64,000 bases of DNA, from assembly GCA_034433305.1 (NCBI GenBank), contig DAOUAM010000054.1, forward strand, positions 3,366 to 67,365, read 5' to 3'. Under the pieces are notes generated by a model. The model saw only the letters and a list, made by a program, of their open reading frames with translations. It did no database searches and had not been told where the DNA came from. Both the position numbers and the translations under genes were made by a program. This document shows, piece by piece, positions 53,963-63,998 of this stretch. The DNA is from Dehalococcoidia bacterium. Lineage in GTDB: Bacteria > Chloroflexota > Dehalococcoidia > Lucifugimonadales > DAOUAM01. Every line of letters begins with the position of its first letter. Positions within the stretch are counted from its first letter, which is position 1.

Positions 53963-55492
53963 CTAGCTGTGATGATGCCGGTTGTAGCGGTCCTCGTACC
54001 GCACTATGTCATCCTCGCCCAGATAGCTGCCGGACTGGACCTCGATGATCTCCAGGGGGATAATGCCCGGGTTCTCCAGGCGGTGCTTCACCCCCACAGG
54101 CACGTAGGCCGACTGGTTCTCCGTGAGCAGAAAGACCTCGTCCCCGCGCGTGACCCTGGCCGTGCCCCGGACGACCACCCAGTGCTCCGCCCTGTGGTGG
54201 TGCATCTGGAGCGACAGCGCGGCAGAGGGGTTGATGGTGAGCCGCTTCACCTGGAAGCCAGGGCCGGAGTCCACGGTCTCGTAGTGGCCCCAGGGGCGAT
54301 GCACCTTGCGGTGGTTCTCCTGCTCGGCCCGGCCCTCGGCCTTGAGGCGGCTTACGATCTCCTTCACTTCCTGCACCCGGTCCTTGTGGGCCACCAGCAC
54401 GGCGTCGGCGGTCTCCACCACTATGACGTCTTTGAGCCCCACCGCGGCCAACATACGGTGCTTGGCGATGAGGAGAGCGTCCTGCATGGAGCGGGCGTAC
54501 ACATCGCCCTGGATGAGGTTGCCCTCCACGTCCCGGCTGGCCTCTTCCCACAGGGCCGACCAGGAACCCACATCGGACCAGCCCACGTCCAGCGGCAGGA
54601 CCACGCAGCCCGAGGTCGCTGAGGGGCCTTGGCCGTTCGACAGGGCCGGGCTGGCCAGCCTCTCCATGACTGCGTAGTCTATCGAGTCGCTGGGACAGGC
54701 GGTGAACAGCTCCGCCTTGGGGCGATAGAAGTCGCCGTCCCAGTGGCCCTGGGCGTAGGCAGCCCTGCACGCCTCGGCGATGTCAGGCCGGTGGCGCTGG
54801 ACCTGCTCCAGCCAGACTGAGGCCTTCATCATGAAGATGCCGCTGTTCCACAGGTAGTCGCCAGACTCCAGGTAGGCCCTGGCCGTGGCGCGGTCCGGCT
54901 TCTCCACAAAGGCATCCAGGACGCGGGCCGAGGAGGCGACTGCCTGTGCCAGCGCTCCGCCTTGATTCGTCGCCATAACGCTGGCCAGGGCCTTGCCCTT
55001 CTTGATGTAACCATAGCCCGTGCTGGGCGCCGTGGGGACGATGCCAAAGGTAACTATATAGCCACACTGGGCCAGGGCCGCTCCCTCCTGCACCGTCCTG
55101 CGGAACCCCTCCACATCCTTGATGACGTGGTCGGCGGGCATGGCCAGCATCACCGGGTCCAGCTCCTGGCCCTGGTGGTTGTCCGACAGCGCCAGCGCCG
55201 CCAGGGTCAGGGCTGGCGCCGTGTTGCGGCCCACAGGCTCCAGAATAATGCGAGACGGCGCCTTGCCCAGGCCGCGCACCTGCTCCGCCGCCAGGAAGCG
55301 ATGGACTTCGTTGCAGACGATTATGGGGGATGCCACGCCTTCCAGGCCATCCAGCCGGGCCAGCGTGTCCTGGAGCATGGTGCGTTTGCTTACCAGGGGA
55401 AGGAACTGCTTGGGGTAGTATTCCCTGGAGAGGGGCCACAGGCGGGTGCCGGAGCCGCCAGCTAGTACCACAGGGTGCAGGGCCATGGTCAC
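53963..55492 (-). CDS. manC: Mannose-1-phosphate guanylyltransferase / mannose-6-phosphate isomerase
   Basis: VVLAGGSGTRLWPLSREYYPKQF N-terminus and a C-terminal cupin (RPWGHYE..HHHRAEHWVVV). Confidence 0.9.
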   Translation of the reverse strand: MTMALHPVVLAGGSGTRLWPLSREYYPKQFLPLVSKRTMLQDTLARLDGLEGVASPIIVCNEVHRFLAAEQVRGLGKAPSRIILEPVGRNTAPALTLAALALSDNHQGQELDPVMLAMPADHVIKDVEGFRRTVQEGAALAQCGYIVTFGIVPTAPSTGYGYIKKGKALASVMATNQGGALAQAVASSARVLDAFVEKPDRATARAYLESGDYLWNSGIFMMKASVWLEQVQRHRPDIAEACRAAYAQGHWDGDFYRPKAELFTACPSDSIDYAVMERLASPALSNGQGPSATSGCVVLPLDVGWSDVGSWSALWEEASRDVEGNLIQGDVYARSMQDALLIAKHRMLAAVGLKDVIVVETADAVLVAHKDRVQEVKEIVSRLKAEGRAEQENHRKVHRPWGHYETVDSGPGFQVKRLTINPSAALSLQMHHHRAEHWVVVRGTARVTRGDEVFLLTENQSAYVPVGVKHRLENPGIIPLEIIEVQSGSYLGEDDIVRYEDRYNRHHHS

Positions 55493-55807
55493 CTCCGTTC
55501 AGCCCGATAGCTCCGAGTCGGCAAGAGGGGCTTCTCCGGTAGCTTCTGGCCTGACATGCAAGAATTATATGTAGCCATATAATCCCCGGTCAACTTGCGA
55601 AAACGTCCGCTTACGTGCCGATGACTCGTGGGCGCCCGGCCCACTGAGAGGCAAGCCATGTATCATGCCGCCCCTGCTGGAAGGTGGCGGCTGAGTCTCT
55701 TCTCCTGTCAGCCCATCGGGGGAGAGGGCTGGCCGCCTCTTTTCAGCAAGAATGGTACGAGTCCCCCGCTGCCCTCTCTGCCAGTAGCGGTCTGCTAGAA
55801 TCGGTGT

Positions 55808-57073
55808 ATGGAATACGTGGCAGACCTTCACCTGCACTCGGCCTACGCCCGGGCCACCAGCAAGGAGCTGAGCTTCGAGAACCTGGCCCACTGGGCGAAG
55901 CTGAAGGGCATTGACCTGCTGGCCAGCGCGGACTTCACCCACCCGGTCTGGTCCGAGGAGACACGGCGCAAGCTGACTGACCTGGGCAACGGGCTGTACG
56001 AGCACGGGGGCGTCAGGTTCGTCCTGGGCACGGAGGTCAACTGCGCCACACGCCACGGCGGCAAGGGCCGGCGCGTCCACATGCTGCTATTCGCCCCAGG
56101 CCTGGACACGGTGGCCCGGATCAACGCCGCCCTTGCCGGCAAGAGCGACGACCTGGAGCAGGACGGCAGGCCGACCCTCCAGATGTCCCCCAGGGACCTG
56201 CTCACCACCGCCCTGGATCTGGACAGCCGGTGCCTGGTCATACCCGCCCACGTCTGGACGCCCTGGTACGGCGTGTTTGGCTCCTTCTCCGGCTTCGACT
56301 CCCTGGAGGAGTGCTTCGGGGACATGGCGGAACACATCCACGCCGTGGAGACTGGGCTTTCCAGCGACCCGGCCATGTGCTGGCGTGTCCCGGAGCTGGA
56401 CAGCCGGGCCATCGTCTCCTTCTCCGATGCCCACTCGCTGCCCAGGCTGGGACGCGAGGCCACGGTGTTCGAGGGCGAGCTTTCCTATGACGGCCTGGTA
56501 CAGGCCATCAAGGCCCAGCGCATCGCCTACACCGTGGAGTTCTTTCCCGAGGAGGGCAGGTACCACTACTCGGGCCACCGTGAACACGGTGTGCGCTACT
56601 CCCCCGAAGAGGTCCAGCGGCACGGCCAGCGCTGCCCTGTCTGCGGGCGCAGGCTTACCCTGGGGGTGACCTATAGGGTCGAACAGCTTGCCCGGAGGCA
56701 GGTCCAGTCCTGGGTGGACGAGCACTCCTTCACCAGGGCCGACAATGGCCGTCCGCCTTACATAATGCTGGTGGGCCTTCAGCAGGTCATAGCCGAGAGC
56801 CTGGGTGTGAGCACCAGCTCAAAGAAGGTCCAGGCTGAGTACACGCGATTGCTGAGCGAGCTGGGTGCCGAGCTTGTGGTGCTGAAAGACGTCCCGGTGG
56901 CGGAGGTCCAGCGCGTAGCCGGCCCACGAGTGGCCGAGGGCATCGCAAGGGTCCGCCGAGGCGACATCTCCATAGAGCCGGGCTACGACGGCCTGTACGG
57001 CATCGTGAAGGTGTGGCCCGACTCGGCGGACACGCAGGACGAGGCTTCCCAGGGCCGCCTGCCATTGCAGTAG
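55808..57073 (+). CDS. Endonuclease Q family protein (PHP-like fold with zinc finger)
   Basis: YVADLHLHSAYARATS opening and a CPVCGRRLTLGV zinc ribbon followed by YRV. Confidence 0.65.
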   Translation: MEYVADLHLHSAYARATSKELSFENLAHWAKLKGIDLLASADFTHPVWSEETRRKLTDLGNGLYEHGGVRFVLGTEVNCATRHGGKGRRVHMLLFAPGLDTVARINAALAGKSDDLEQDGRPTLQMSPRDLLTTALDLDSRCLVIPAHVWTPWYGVFGSFSGFDSLEECFGDMAEHIHAVETGLSSDPAMCWRVPELDSRAIVSFSDAHSLPRLGREATVFEGELSYDGLVQAIKAQRIAYTVEFFPEEGRYHYSGHREHGVRYSPEEVQRHGQRCPVCGRRLTLGVTYRVEQLARRQVQSWVDEHSFTRADNGRPPYIMLVGLQQVIAESLGVSTSSKKVQAEYTRLLSELGAELVVLKDVPVAEVQRVAGPRVAEGIARVRRGDISIEPGYDGLYGIVKVWPDSADTQDEASQGRLPLQ

Positions 57074-57146
57074 GCGATGCGCGCTGACACCACAGGTCTG
57101 CCGCAAAAGGTTATACTATCGCCAGCATTTTACGCTGGAGGCACTC

Positions 57147-57566
57147 ATGATACATATAACCGAGGAGATGCGGGAGTTGGTCAACAACGCCCTGGCCGAC
57201 AGGGTGCCCTGTATCCTGGGGACTGCCTCCAGTGATGGCAAGCCACAGATCAGCCTCAAGGGCAGCCTCATGGTCTATGATCACGAGACGCTGGCCTACT
57301 GGGAGCGCGCGCTGCGGACGGCCCTGGAGAACATCTCCGAAAACCCTCAGGTTGTAGTCCTGTACCGCAACCCGGACAGGCGCATCAACTGGCGCTTCCA
57401 CGGCACCGCTAAGGTATACGATTCGGGGCCTGTGCGCGACGATGTGATGGCCCGCACGGTAAAGGCGGAACTGGACAGGGACCCCGACCGCAAGGGCGTG
57501 GCCGTGCTGATCACCGTGGACCGGATAACAGACCTGTCTGGCAGGGTGCTGCAGCAGCGGGACTGA
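57147..57566 (+). CDS. Pyridoxamine 5'-phosphate oxidase family (FMN/F420-binding split barrel) protein
   Basis: 139 aa. PCILGTASSDGKPQISLKGS..LAYWER is a typical PPOX-class pattern. Confidence 0.7.
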   Translation: MIHITEEMRELVNNALADRVPCILGTASSDGKPQISLKGSLMVYDHETLAYWERALRTALENISENPQVVVLYRNPDRRINWRFHGTAKVYDSGPVRDDVMARTVKAELDRDPDRKGVAVLITVDRITDLSGRVLQQRD

Positions 57567-57576
57567 GCGCGAGGGG

Positions 57577-58896
57577 CTAGGCGCCGCCATCCCCCGCCGG
57601 CGTGGCGGCGGGCTGAGGCCGGTACTTGATGGAGAACTTGCTCTCCCGGATGCTGAAGCTGGCCAGGCTGGCGCCGGCCAGCAGCGAGCCAGCGATGGCA
57701 AAGGGGACGGTGTAGGAGCCGAAGGCGTCGTACAGGGCGCCTCCCATGTACACGCTGAGCGCCCCACCGGTCTGGTGGGCAAGCGTCACCATTCCGGCCA
57801 GCGTGCCCATATGCTTGAGGCCGTACACCTCGGCGGTCAGGGAGGAGGTAAGTGGCGCCGTGGCAATCCAGGAGAAGCCCGCCACAATGGCAAAGCCCCA
57901 CAGGGCGATGGGGCCAGGGGCCAGCAGAAGCATGGCGTAGGCCAGGCCGCGGACGGCGTAGGTGGCCCCCAGCAGGTTCTTGCGGCCCAGCCTGTCGGAC
58001 CAGGCGCCCACCATCAGGACGCCCAGCACGTTCAGGCCACTCATGACACCGAAAGCCAGCGCGGCAACCCCCGGCGACGCGCCACGCTCTATGGCGAAGG
58101 GCACATAGTGGGCCGAGATGATGGCCGTGGTCATGCCGCAGACGAAGTACCCGCCCGTGAGTTGCCACATGGGCAGGGACTTGTAGGAGTCCCGCCAGCG
58201 GTCAACCTCCAGCGGGCCGCGTGCCTCTTGGGAGGCCCGCGTGGACGGCGGGCCACTCGCCCCGGTAGGCCCGGAGTCGCCGTCCGGCTGGAGGCCCATC
58301 TGCGCGGGGCTGTCCCGCAGCAGGACAAAGGCCAGGGGCAACGCCAGTCCCAGCACCAGCGCGCCCAGCACTGTCCACGCCAGCCGCCAGTCCGCCGTCT
58401 GTATCAGCAACATGGCCAGGGGGACCAGCACCAGCGAGCCGGCGGACGCGCCGGCTGTGCTGATGCTCAGCGCCACGCCCCTGTTGCGCCGGAACCACCG
58501 GGCCAGCACGGCATGCACCGTCACCAGCGAGACCCCGCTGGCCGCGACGGACATGACCACGCCATATACCACTATAAAGAAGGCTATGTTGCTGGTGCGG
58601 GCCAGCAGCAGGGTGCCAGCGCCCAGGACAAACAGGCTGGTCAGGATAACCTTGCGCCCGCCCAGTCTGTCATAGAGCCGACCTATGAAGGGCTGGCTGA
58701 GGCCGTTGACCAGCCAGCCTATGGCAATGGCCAGGGAGATGGCGCCACGGCTCCACTCCAGGTCCCCGCTCATGGGGATTATGAAAACGCCGGTGCTATT
58801 CCTCGCGCCGGTGGAGACCAGCATGGCGAAGGCTGCGGCAGCTACGATAAGCCAGCCGTAGAATATGCGGCTGCCCACCCTGGATTTCGGCCACAT
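57577..58896 (-). CDS. MFS transporter
   Basis: About 12 TM helices and a GRLYDRLGGRK MFS motif. AGGAGG upstream of ATG 58896. Confidence 0.8.
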   Translation of the reverse strand: MWPKSRVGSRIFYGWLIVAAAAFAMLVSTGARNSTGVFIIPMSGDLEWSRGAISLAIAIGWLVNGLSQPFIGRLYDRLGGRKVILTSLFVLGAGTLLLARTSNIAFFIVVYGVVMSVAASGVSLVTVHAVLARWFRRNRGVALSISTAGASAGSLVLVPLAMLLIQTADWRLAWTVLGALVLGLALPLAFVLLRDSPAQMGLQPDGDSGPTGASGPPSTRASQEARGPLEVDRWRDSYKSLPMWQLTGGYFVCGMTTAIISAHYVPFAIERGASPGVAALAFGVMSGLNVLGVLMVGAWSDRLGRKNLLGATYAVRGLAYAMLLLAPGPIALWGFAIVAGFSWIATAPLTSSLTAEVYGLKHMGTLAGMVTLAHQTGGALSVYMGGALYDAFGSYTVPFAIAGSLLAGASLASFSIRESKFSIKYRPQPAATPAGDGGA

Positions 58897-59150
58897 GCTT
58901 GCCTCCTGGGATACCCTGCGTGGTAGCCTGTTGACTGGAAGTCTAGCACCGCGGACACAGATGGACAAGGCCCCGGGCCGCTGCCGCCGCCTTGCAGGCA
59001 GCACAGGCTGTCAGTGCATCCGATTATGCAGAATAATACTTAATTCGATTGCAAAATCAGACGTTTCCATACAATAATCACTAGGAACACCATGTGACCT
59101 GGGCGCACTCGTGCCACAACATGCTCCAGGGGCGCTAAGGAGAAGAAGCC

Positions 59151-59747
59151 ATGTCTGAGCAGCGGAGAGTCACACTGAAGCCGGTCACCAGGGAAGACGT
59201 CGCGCGGATAAAGAGGTGGCTTGGGGACGAGGAGGTGGCGGAAAGCTGGTTCGGCAGGTATTCCTACGGCGACCCGGCGCACCTGGGATACCACCCTTCG
59301 GAGATGGAGCACGCCTCGGAGTCCGAGTGGGAGCATGTGTTCAACAACCCTGAGCACCGCATCTACTCCATCTACAACGAGAGCGGCGAGCACATAGGCG
59401 AGGTCCACATAGCCATCGAAGAGTCCCTGGGCGACGGCCAGGTATCCATTCTCATAGGGCGCAAGGACCTGTGGCACCAGGGCTACGGCACAGCCGGCAT
59501 GAGGGCCGCCCTGGACCTGGCGTTTACCGAGCTGGGCCTGTACCGCGTGTGGGTGGACATCCCTGAGTACAACAAGGCCGCCAGGGCCATGTGCGAGCAC
59601 CTGGGCTTCATGCACGAAGGGACGCTACGCAAGAGCCGGCCCCACGAGGGCGCCAGGTTCGACTCCGTGGTAATGGGCATGCTGGCAACCGAGTACACCC
59701 AGCGGACTCCTCGCGAGGGCGCTGCTAGCGAAACTCCACGGGTCTGA
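59151..59747 (+). CDS. GNAT family N-acetyltransferase
   Basis: VTLKPVTREDVARIKRW.. and the WHQGYGTAGMRAALDLAF acetyl-CoA-binding segment. Confidence 0.8.
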   Translation: MSEQRRVTLKPVTREDVARIKRWLGDEEVAESWFGRYSYGDPAHLGYHPSEMEHASESEWEHVFNNPEHRIYSIYNESGEHIGEVHIAIEESLGDGQVSILIGRKDLWHQGYGTAGMRAALDLAFTELGLYRVWVDIPEYNKAARAMCEHLGFMHEGTLRKSRPHEGARFDSVVMGMLATEYTQRTPREGAASETPRV

Positions 59748-59828
59748 AAGCTGTCCGTGGGCTGTCACTCTTACCCTGGTCTGCCAGTAAGGGAAACGGG
59801 CTAACGTCAGGTCCGTGCAGGCGTGGTG

Positions 59829-60485
59829 CTACTCGTCTATGACCACCAGCCCCTCACGGGCCGCGTGAACAATCGCCTCCGCCCTGCTCTTCACGCCAAG
59901 CTTGCTATAGATGCTGGTCAGATGGAACTGGACGGTCGCCAGGGAAACGTGCAGGCGCTCGGCAATCTCAGGGTTGGAAGCGCCGTCCACCAGTAGCTGA
60001 AGTATCTCCGCCTCTTTGTCCGTTAGCCTGTCGGACAGGGCCGTGCGCCCGTTGGAAGACTGGCCCAGGTAGCCCTGCACCACCTTCCGGCTCACCTGAG
60101 TGGAGAAAACGGTGCGCCCGGACTTTACCATGCGAAGGGACTCTATGACCTCCCTGGGAGGCGTGTCTTTCAGCACGTAGCCCTCGACCCCCAGCTCCAT
60201 CATGGCCCGAATGTATGGTTCGTTGGAGTAGTTGGTCAGCACTACGACTCGGACATCCGGGTAGTGGACGCGGATGCGCCTGACCAGTTCCACTCCGTTG
60301 ATCTCGCCCTTGAGCCGGATGTCCGTCAGGACAACATCTGGCCTGGCCCTGTTCAGCACCTCCAGTGCCTCCAAGGCGCTCGCCACATCGCCCGCGATCT
60401 CGAAGTCAGGCTCCCCTGACAGGGTAGCTACAACCCCGGCCCGGAAGATCGGGTGGTCGTCAATTATCAGGACGCTGATCATCAA
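59829..60485 (-). CDS. NarL/LuxR-type response regulator (ComA-like position)
   Basis: REC domain (VLIIDDHP..DVVLTDIRL) and a C-terminal LuxR HTH (LTDKEAEILQLLVDGASNPEIAERLHVSLATVQFH). It overlaps the kinase stop by 4 nt. Confidence 0.9.
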   Translation of the reverse strand: MMISVLIIDDHPIFRAGVVATLSGEPDFEIAGDVASALEALEVLNRARPDVVLTDIRLKGEINGVELVRRIRVHYPDVRVVVLTNYSNEPYIRAMMELGVEGYVLKDTPPREVIESLRMVKSGRTVFSTQVSRKVVQGYLGQSSNGRTALSDRLTDKEAEILQLLVDGASNPEIAERLHVSLATVQFHLTSIYSKLGVKSRAEAIVHAAREGLVVIDE

Positions 60486-62794
60486 GAGTTACCTCTGCCA
60501 TTGACTCCTTGCAATCTGGACGGACCATCTATGGGAAGTGACGCCACCACCGTCGTCCCTGACGGACTGCGGGGCAAAATCAGCAGACGCCCCCCGAGCT
60601 GCTCCGCTCTTTCCCGCATCCCGATGACACCAAGCTTGGTGCCAGGGGAGAGGTCCCTGGTCTGCTGAAAGCCGACACCATCGTCCTCTATGGTCAGGGT
60701 CACCCGGTCTTCTTCCCAGGCCAGGTGGACCCAGACGGTGCTGGCGCTGGCATGCCGCCGGCAGTTGGTCAGCGCCTCCTGGGCTATCCTGTACAGGGCA
60801 AGCTGAATCTCCGGAGGGACGTAGCCATCGCGCTCCACAGGTTCGTAGCTAAAGACCACTTTGAAGCCGGAGGCGGCGCTGGCCTCTGTCCCCAGCCACT
60901 CCAGCGCCCGCACCAGCCCCAGGTCTTCCAGCAGGGCAGGATGCAGCCTGGCCGTGAAGTTACACAGGTCCTCCGCAATGCGCTGGAGCTTCTGCTGGAC
61001 CTCAGAGGAAAGCCCGGCGCCTGCGTGCTGCCAGATAACGTTGGTGATCTGCTGAAGCGGCTCATCGTGGATGTAGGAGGCGATGCGCGCTCGCTCGGTC
61101 TCCTGGGCCTGCACCAGCCGGCGGTTCAGCTCCCTCAGCTCCCCAGCCTTGGAGCGGAGTTCCTCCAGCAACTCCAGCTTCTCCACAATAGTAGCCATAT
61201 GCCCCGCAACGGACTCCGCCAGCTTCATGTCCTCTCGCTGAAAAGGCTCCTCGGTTACCTTGGGGCCGAAGCAGAGGACCCAGGTCTCGTGCGGCTGCCT
61301 CTTGAGCTTCACCATAAGCACGTGCTCGGCGTACAGGTCCGTGGAAAGCCGCAAGAGCGACAAGCCCTGCTCAGCCTTGCCTTCTTCCTTCGAGTCCAGC
61401 AGCGGTACCAGGCCATCCGGGACTGTGCCGACCGAGGCCTTCACCTTGGCCCCATCGTCCGAAAGCCCGATGAAGGATGCAAAAGACAGCCTCAGTTCCC
61501 GGACGATGGTGCCCAGCACCGTCGTGGCCAGGTCGTCGAAATGCTTGGCATAGGCGGCGTGGATGCTGACACGCCGGGCCAGGTCGGCATGGTCTATGTA
61601 CTCCCGGTAGAGCAGCCTGTCCACCGCCGCGAAGGCCAGCCGCCTCGTCCCGGACATGGACGGGACGGCCACGAACAGGGCCGCCAGCAAGAATAGCTCT
61701 GCCGCCACGTTCTCGCTCACCTCGGGGCCACCTACCTGTCCCAGTGTGGCAATGAGCGCGCCATACAGGACAAAGACGCAGAAGGAAATCAGGGCGTAGG
61801 CCGCGCCTCTGTGCACCAGGCGCCGAATGCCCATGAGATGGTGCCGCATTATGGCGTACCCGAAGGACAGGGGTATCAGAGTAAGGCCGAGCACCGTGAC
61901 CTCAGGGCGCAGGACGAAGGGCAGGCCAGCCGCCGCTGGCAGCACACTGAAGATGATTATTGGCCCTACCGCGGCCGCGGTACCGACGGCCATGATGCGG
62001 ACCTGCTCCCTGGTGACCGGTGAGCGCGCCCCCAGATAAGTCCATGCCAGCAGGACCACTCCGCCCAGGAACGCCGCGCCCACGTAGGCGAAGGTAAGCC
62101 GCCTTACCGTGTCAAAGACCTCGGGCACGGCCAGTACGCCCACCACCCAGAGGACGTCGAGCAGCAGGGCAATGGCCAACATCATGGCCGGCACCAGCCA
62201 GTGGCGCCTCCGCGCGAATATGTAGAAGAAGAACAGGAACAGCACTGACATCCAGTGGACAAGGGGCGCCTCTGCCAGTTGCGCCAGGATGTTGGACCGC
62301 GCGGTCGCCGGGGCCAGCACTATGACTATGGCGGCCACCAGAAGGAACAGCGCCAGCGTCAGGACCTGGAGCGAACGCCTGGAGCGGAAAAACACCAGGA
62401 AACCAGTTACCGCGAAGACCAAGCCAATGGCCCAGAGGCTGGCTATGAGCGAATTGGGCGGCTGCGGCGACCGGCCCGACAACTCCAGACTCTCTCCGCC
62501 CCGGACAGACAGCACCCTGAACTCCTTCCCCCGGTCACCACCCCTGACACTCCAGGTCCGCCGGGTGATGTCAGTCCCATCTATTGCGAGAAGCACATCC
62601 CCTACCCTGACTCCAGTGTCCCAGGCGGGCGTCCCGGGACGCACCCATGTGACTACCGCCTTGCCGTCCTGGGCAAAAGCCACGTCCACTCCAAGTCGGG
62701 GTTCGCCCAGCCATACCACCACCGCCAGCACAAGTCCTGCTGGAAATGAAATGGCAAGAAGCCACCATAAAGTTGTTGCTGCCCTGGTAAACAC
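60482..62794 (-). CDS. Polytopic sensor histidine kinase (TM1, PDZ-like loop, multi-TM, HisKA_3, HATPase_c); ComP-like architecture
   Basis: 770 aa. PDZ-like GVRVGDVLLAIDG after TM1. At least 7 further TM helices. H-box YIHDEPLQ. HATPase N/G boxes (EALTNCRRHA, DDGVGF, GMRERA). GTG start. Confidence 0.85.
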   Translation of the reverse strand: MFTRAATTLWWLLAISFPAGLVLAVVVWLGEPRLGVDVAFAQDGKAVVTWVRPGTPAWDTGVRVGDVLLAIDGTDITRRTWSVRGGDRGKEFRVLSVRGGESLELSGRSPQPPNSLIASLWAIGLVFAVTGFLVFFRSRRSLQVLTLALFLLVAAIVIVLAPATARSNILAQLAEAPLVHWMSVLFLFFFYIFARRRHWLVPAMMLAIALLLDVLWVVGVLAVPEVFDTVRRLTFAYVGAAFLGGVVLLAWTYLGARSPVTREQVRIMAVGTAAAVGPIIIFSVLPAAAGLPFVLRPEVTVLGLTLIPLSFGYAIMRHHLMGIRRLVHRGAAYALISFCVFVLYGALIATLGQVGGPEVSENVAAELFLLAALFVAVPSMSGTRRLAFAAVDRLLYREYIDHADLARRVSIHAAYAKHFDDLATTVLGTIVRELRLSFASFIGLSDDGAKVKASVGTVPDGLVPLLDSKEEGKAEQGLSLLRLSTDLYAEHVLMVKLKRQPHETWVLCFGPKVTEEPFQREDMKLAESVAGHMATIVEKLELLEELRSKAGELRELNRRLVQAQETERARIASYIHDEPLQQITNVIWQHAGAGLSSEVQQKLQRIAEDLCNFTARLHPALLEDLGLVRALEWLGTEASAASGFKVVFSYEPVERDGYVPPEIQLALYRIAQEALTNCRRHASASTVWVHLAWEEDRVTLTIEDDGVGFQQTRDLSPGTKLGVIGMRERAEQLGGRLLILPRSPSGTTVVASLPIDGPSRLQGVNGRGNS

Positions 62795-62803
62795 GGCAGC
62801 ATT

Positions 62804-63814
62804 TTATCTAATTTCCTCCTGAGCAAGCAATCTCGCCAGGGGCCAATCACCTGGTGCCTTCGCCGCCAGGGCCCTTCCCACGCGCTCCGCGTGGGCCTTC
62901 TCGATGGCGGCCCGCATCCACGAATAGTGGATGGCGCCACAGCGCCACAAGGCTTCCTTGACCTCGTCCTCAGAGGCCGGGGCGTCCGTCTCCCGGGCGT
63001 AGTAGCGCTGCACCAGCCGGGCGTGGGGGCTGGACTCCGGCGGCAGGTCCAGGGCAAAGACCACGGGGAGAGTCTTTTTCCGCAGTCTCAGGTCGGACTT
63101 GCCGACGCTTCCAGGCCATACGGCGGCAATATCGTTCATGAGCTGCATCAGCAGCCCCAGGTGCCAGCCAAACTGGGCATACAGGGCTACTTCCTCTTCA
63201 TTGCCGGTGCCGACGCAGGCCCCCACCTCGGCGGCACACCTTACCAGGGAGGCCGACTTTAGCCCCGACACCAGGACTGCCTCTTCCACCGTCACGGGAG
63301 ACAGGCCCTCCAGCTCCATGTCCCGGACCTGCCCTCTCATGGCGTCCATGGCCAGGGCATCAATGGCCCGCATGGCCCTGACCACTCTGTCTGAGGGCAC
63401 GCCTCTCTCGGCCAGCCTTCCAATGGCCGCGTGGCACAACATTAGCAGGCTATAGACGGTCTCCAGCGTCCGGCCACAAGTGCGGCGGTCGCCAGGCGGG
63501 GCGACCTCGCCATCCTCGATGTCGTCTATAAGCTCGCAGGCGGCCATCAGCAGTTCCATGGCCGCGACGGCTGGGACCGCCTCCAGGGACTCGCGGCGGC
63601 CGGCCGAGGCGAAGGCCAGGAACGTCAGGGCGGCACACAGGCTGGGCTTGCCTTCGGGGAGGACTCGTGACGGCCCTGAGAGGGCCGCCAGGACCACTCC
63701 CTCCAGCCCCGCGCCCAGGCGCGCGCCCTGGACCAGTCCCAGCAACTCGTCCCTGATCGCCTGTGTGACCTCCGCCGACAGCAGAGGCGGCCCCTTGCTC
63801 GTCGCTACAGGCAT
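62804..63814 (-). CDS. Polyprenyl synthetase-fold protein (ComQ-like isoprenyl transferase candidate)
   Basis: 336 aa. A FARM-like LIDDIEDGE and a degenerate SARM-like LMQLMNDIAAV. It lies 9 nt upstream of the kinase gene. Confidence 0.55.
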   Translation of the reverse strand: MPVATSKGPPLLSAEVTQAIRDELLGLVQGARLGAGLEGVVLAALSGPSRVLPEGKPSLCAALTFLAFASAGRRESLEAVPAVAAMELLMAACELIDDIEDGEVAPPGDRRTCGRTLETVYSLLMLCHAAIGRLAERGVPSDRVVRAMRAIDALAMDAMRGQVRDMELEGLSPVTVEEAVLVSGLKSASLVRCAAEVGACVGTGNEEEVALYAQFGWHLGLLMQLMNDIAAVWPGSVGKSDLRLRKKTLPVVFALDLPPESSPHARLVQRYYARETDAPASEDEVKEALWRCGAIHYSWMRAAIEKAHAERVGRALAAKAPGDWPLARLLAQEEIR

Positions 63815-63818
63815 AGGG

Positions 63819-63998
63819 CTAGATCCACCAGTCCATGCTCATGAGGTTCGGCGCGCTCCTGGGCAGGTCGGACGTATGCGCGGCCAGGTCGGGCAAGGCC
63901 TTGAGAGAGCTTGCAACCATGCTCTCCTCGTCCGACTCCAGGGACAGGGACTGCAGGAAGCGCTCCAGGGAGGCGCTTAGCTGGACGCTCTCCACCAT
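63819..63998 (-). CDS. Candidate ComX-like pheromone precursor (59 codons from ATG 63998; may extend beyond the window)
   Basis: Hand-translated: MVESVQLSASLERFLQSLSLESDEESMVASSLKALPDLAAHTSDLPRSAPNLMSMDWWI*. The stop is 4 nt before the ComQ-like ATG. The frame remains open to the window edge. Confidence 0.4.
   Translation of the reverse strand: MVESVQLSASLERFLQSLSLESDEESMVASSLKALPDLAAHTSDLPRSAPNLMSMDWWI

Noticed and set aside
62653-62802. Trp-rich 49-codon alternative-frame ORF (MLPCLPGQQQLYGGFLPFHFQQDLCWRWWYGWANPDLEWTWLLPRTARR) starting just after the ComQ-like stop, at the position comX occupies in Bacillus
   Set aside because: It fully overlaps the kinase N-terminus, whose own frame encodes a convincing TM helix (TLWWLLAISFPAGLVLAVVVWL). 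The Trp richness follows from GTGGTGG repeats read out of frame, and the SD spacing is poor at about 12 nt. It is kept only as a remote alternative to the 63819-63998 candidate.
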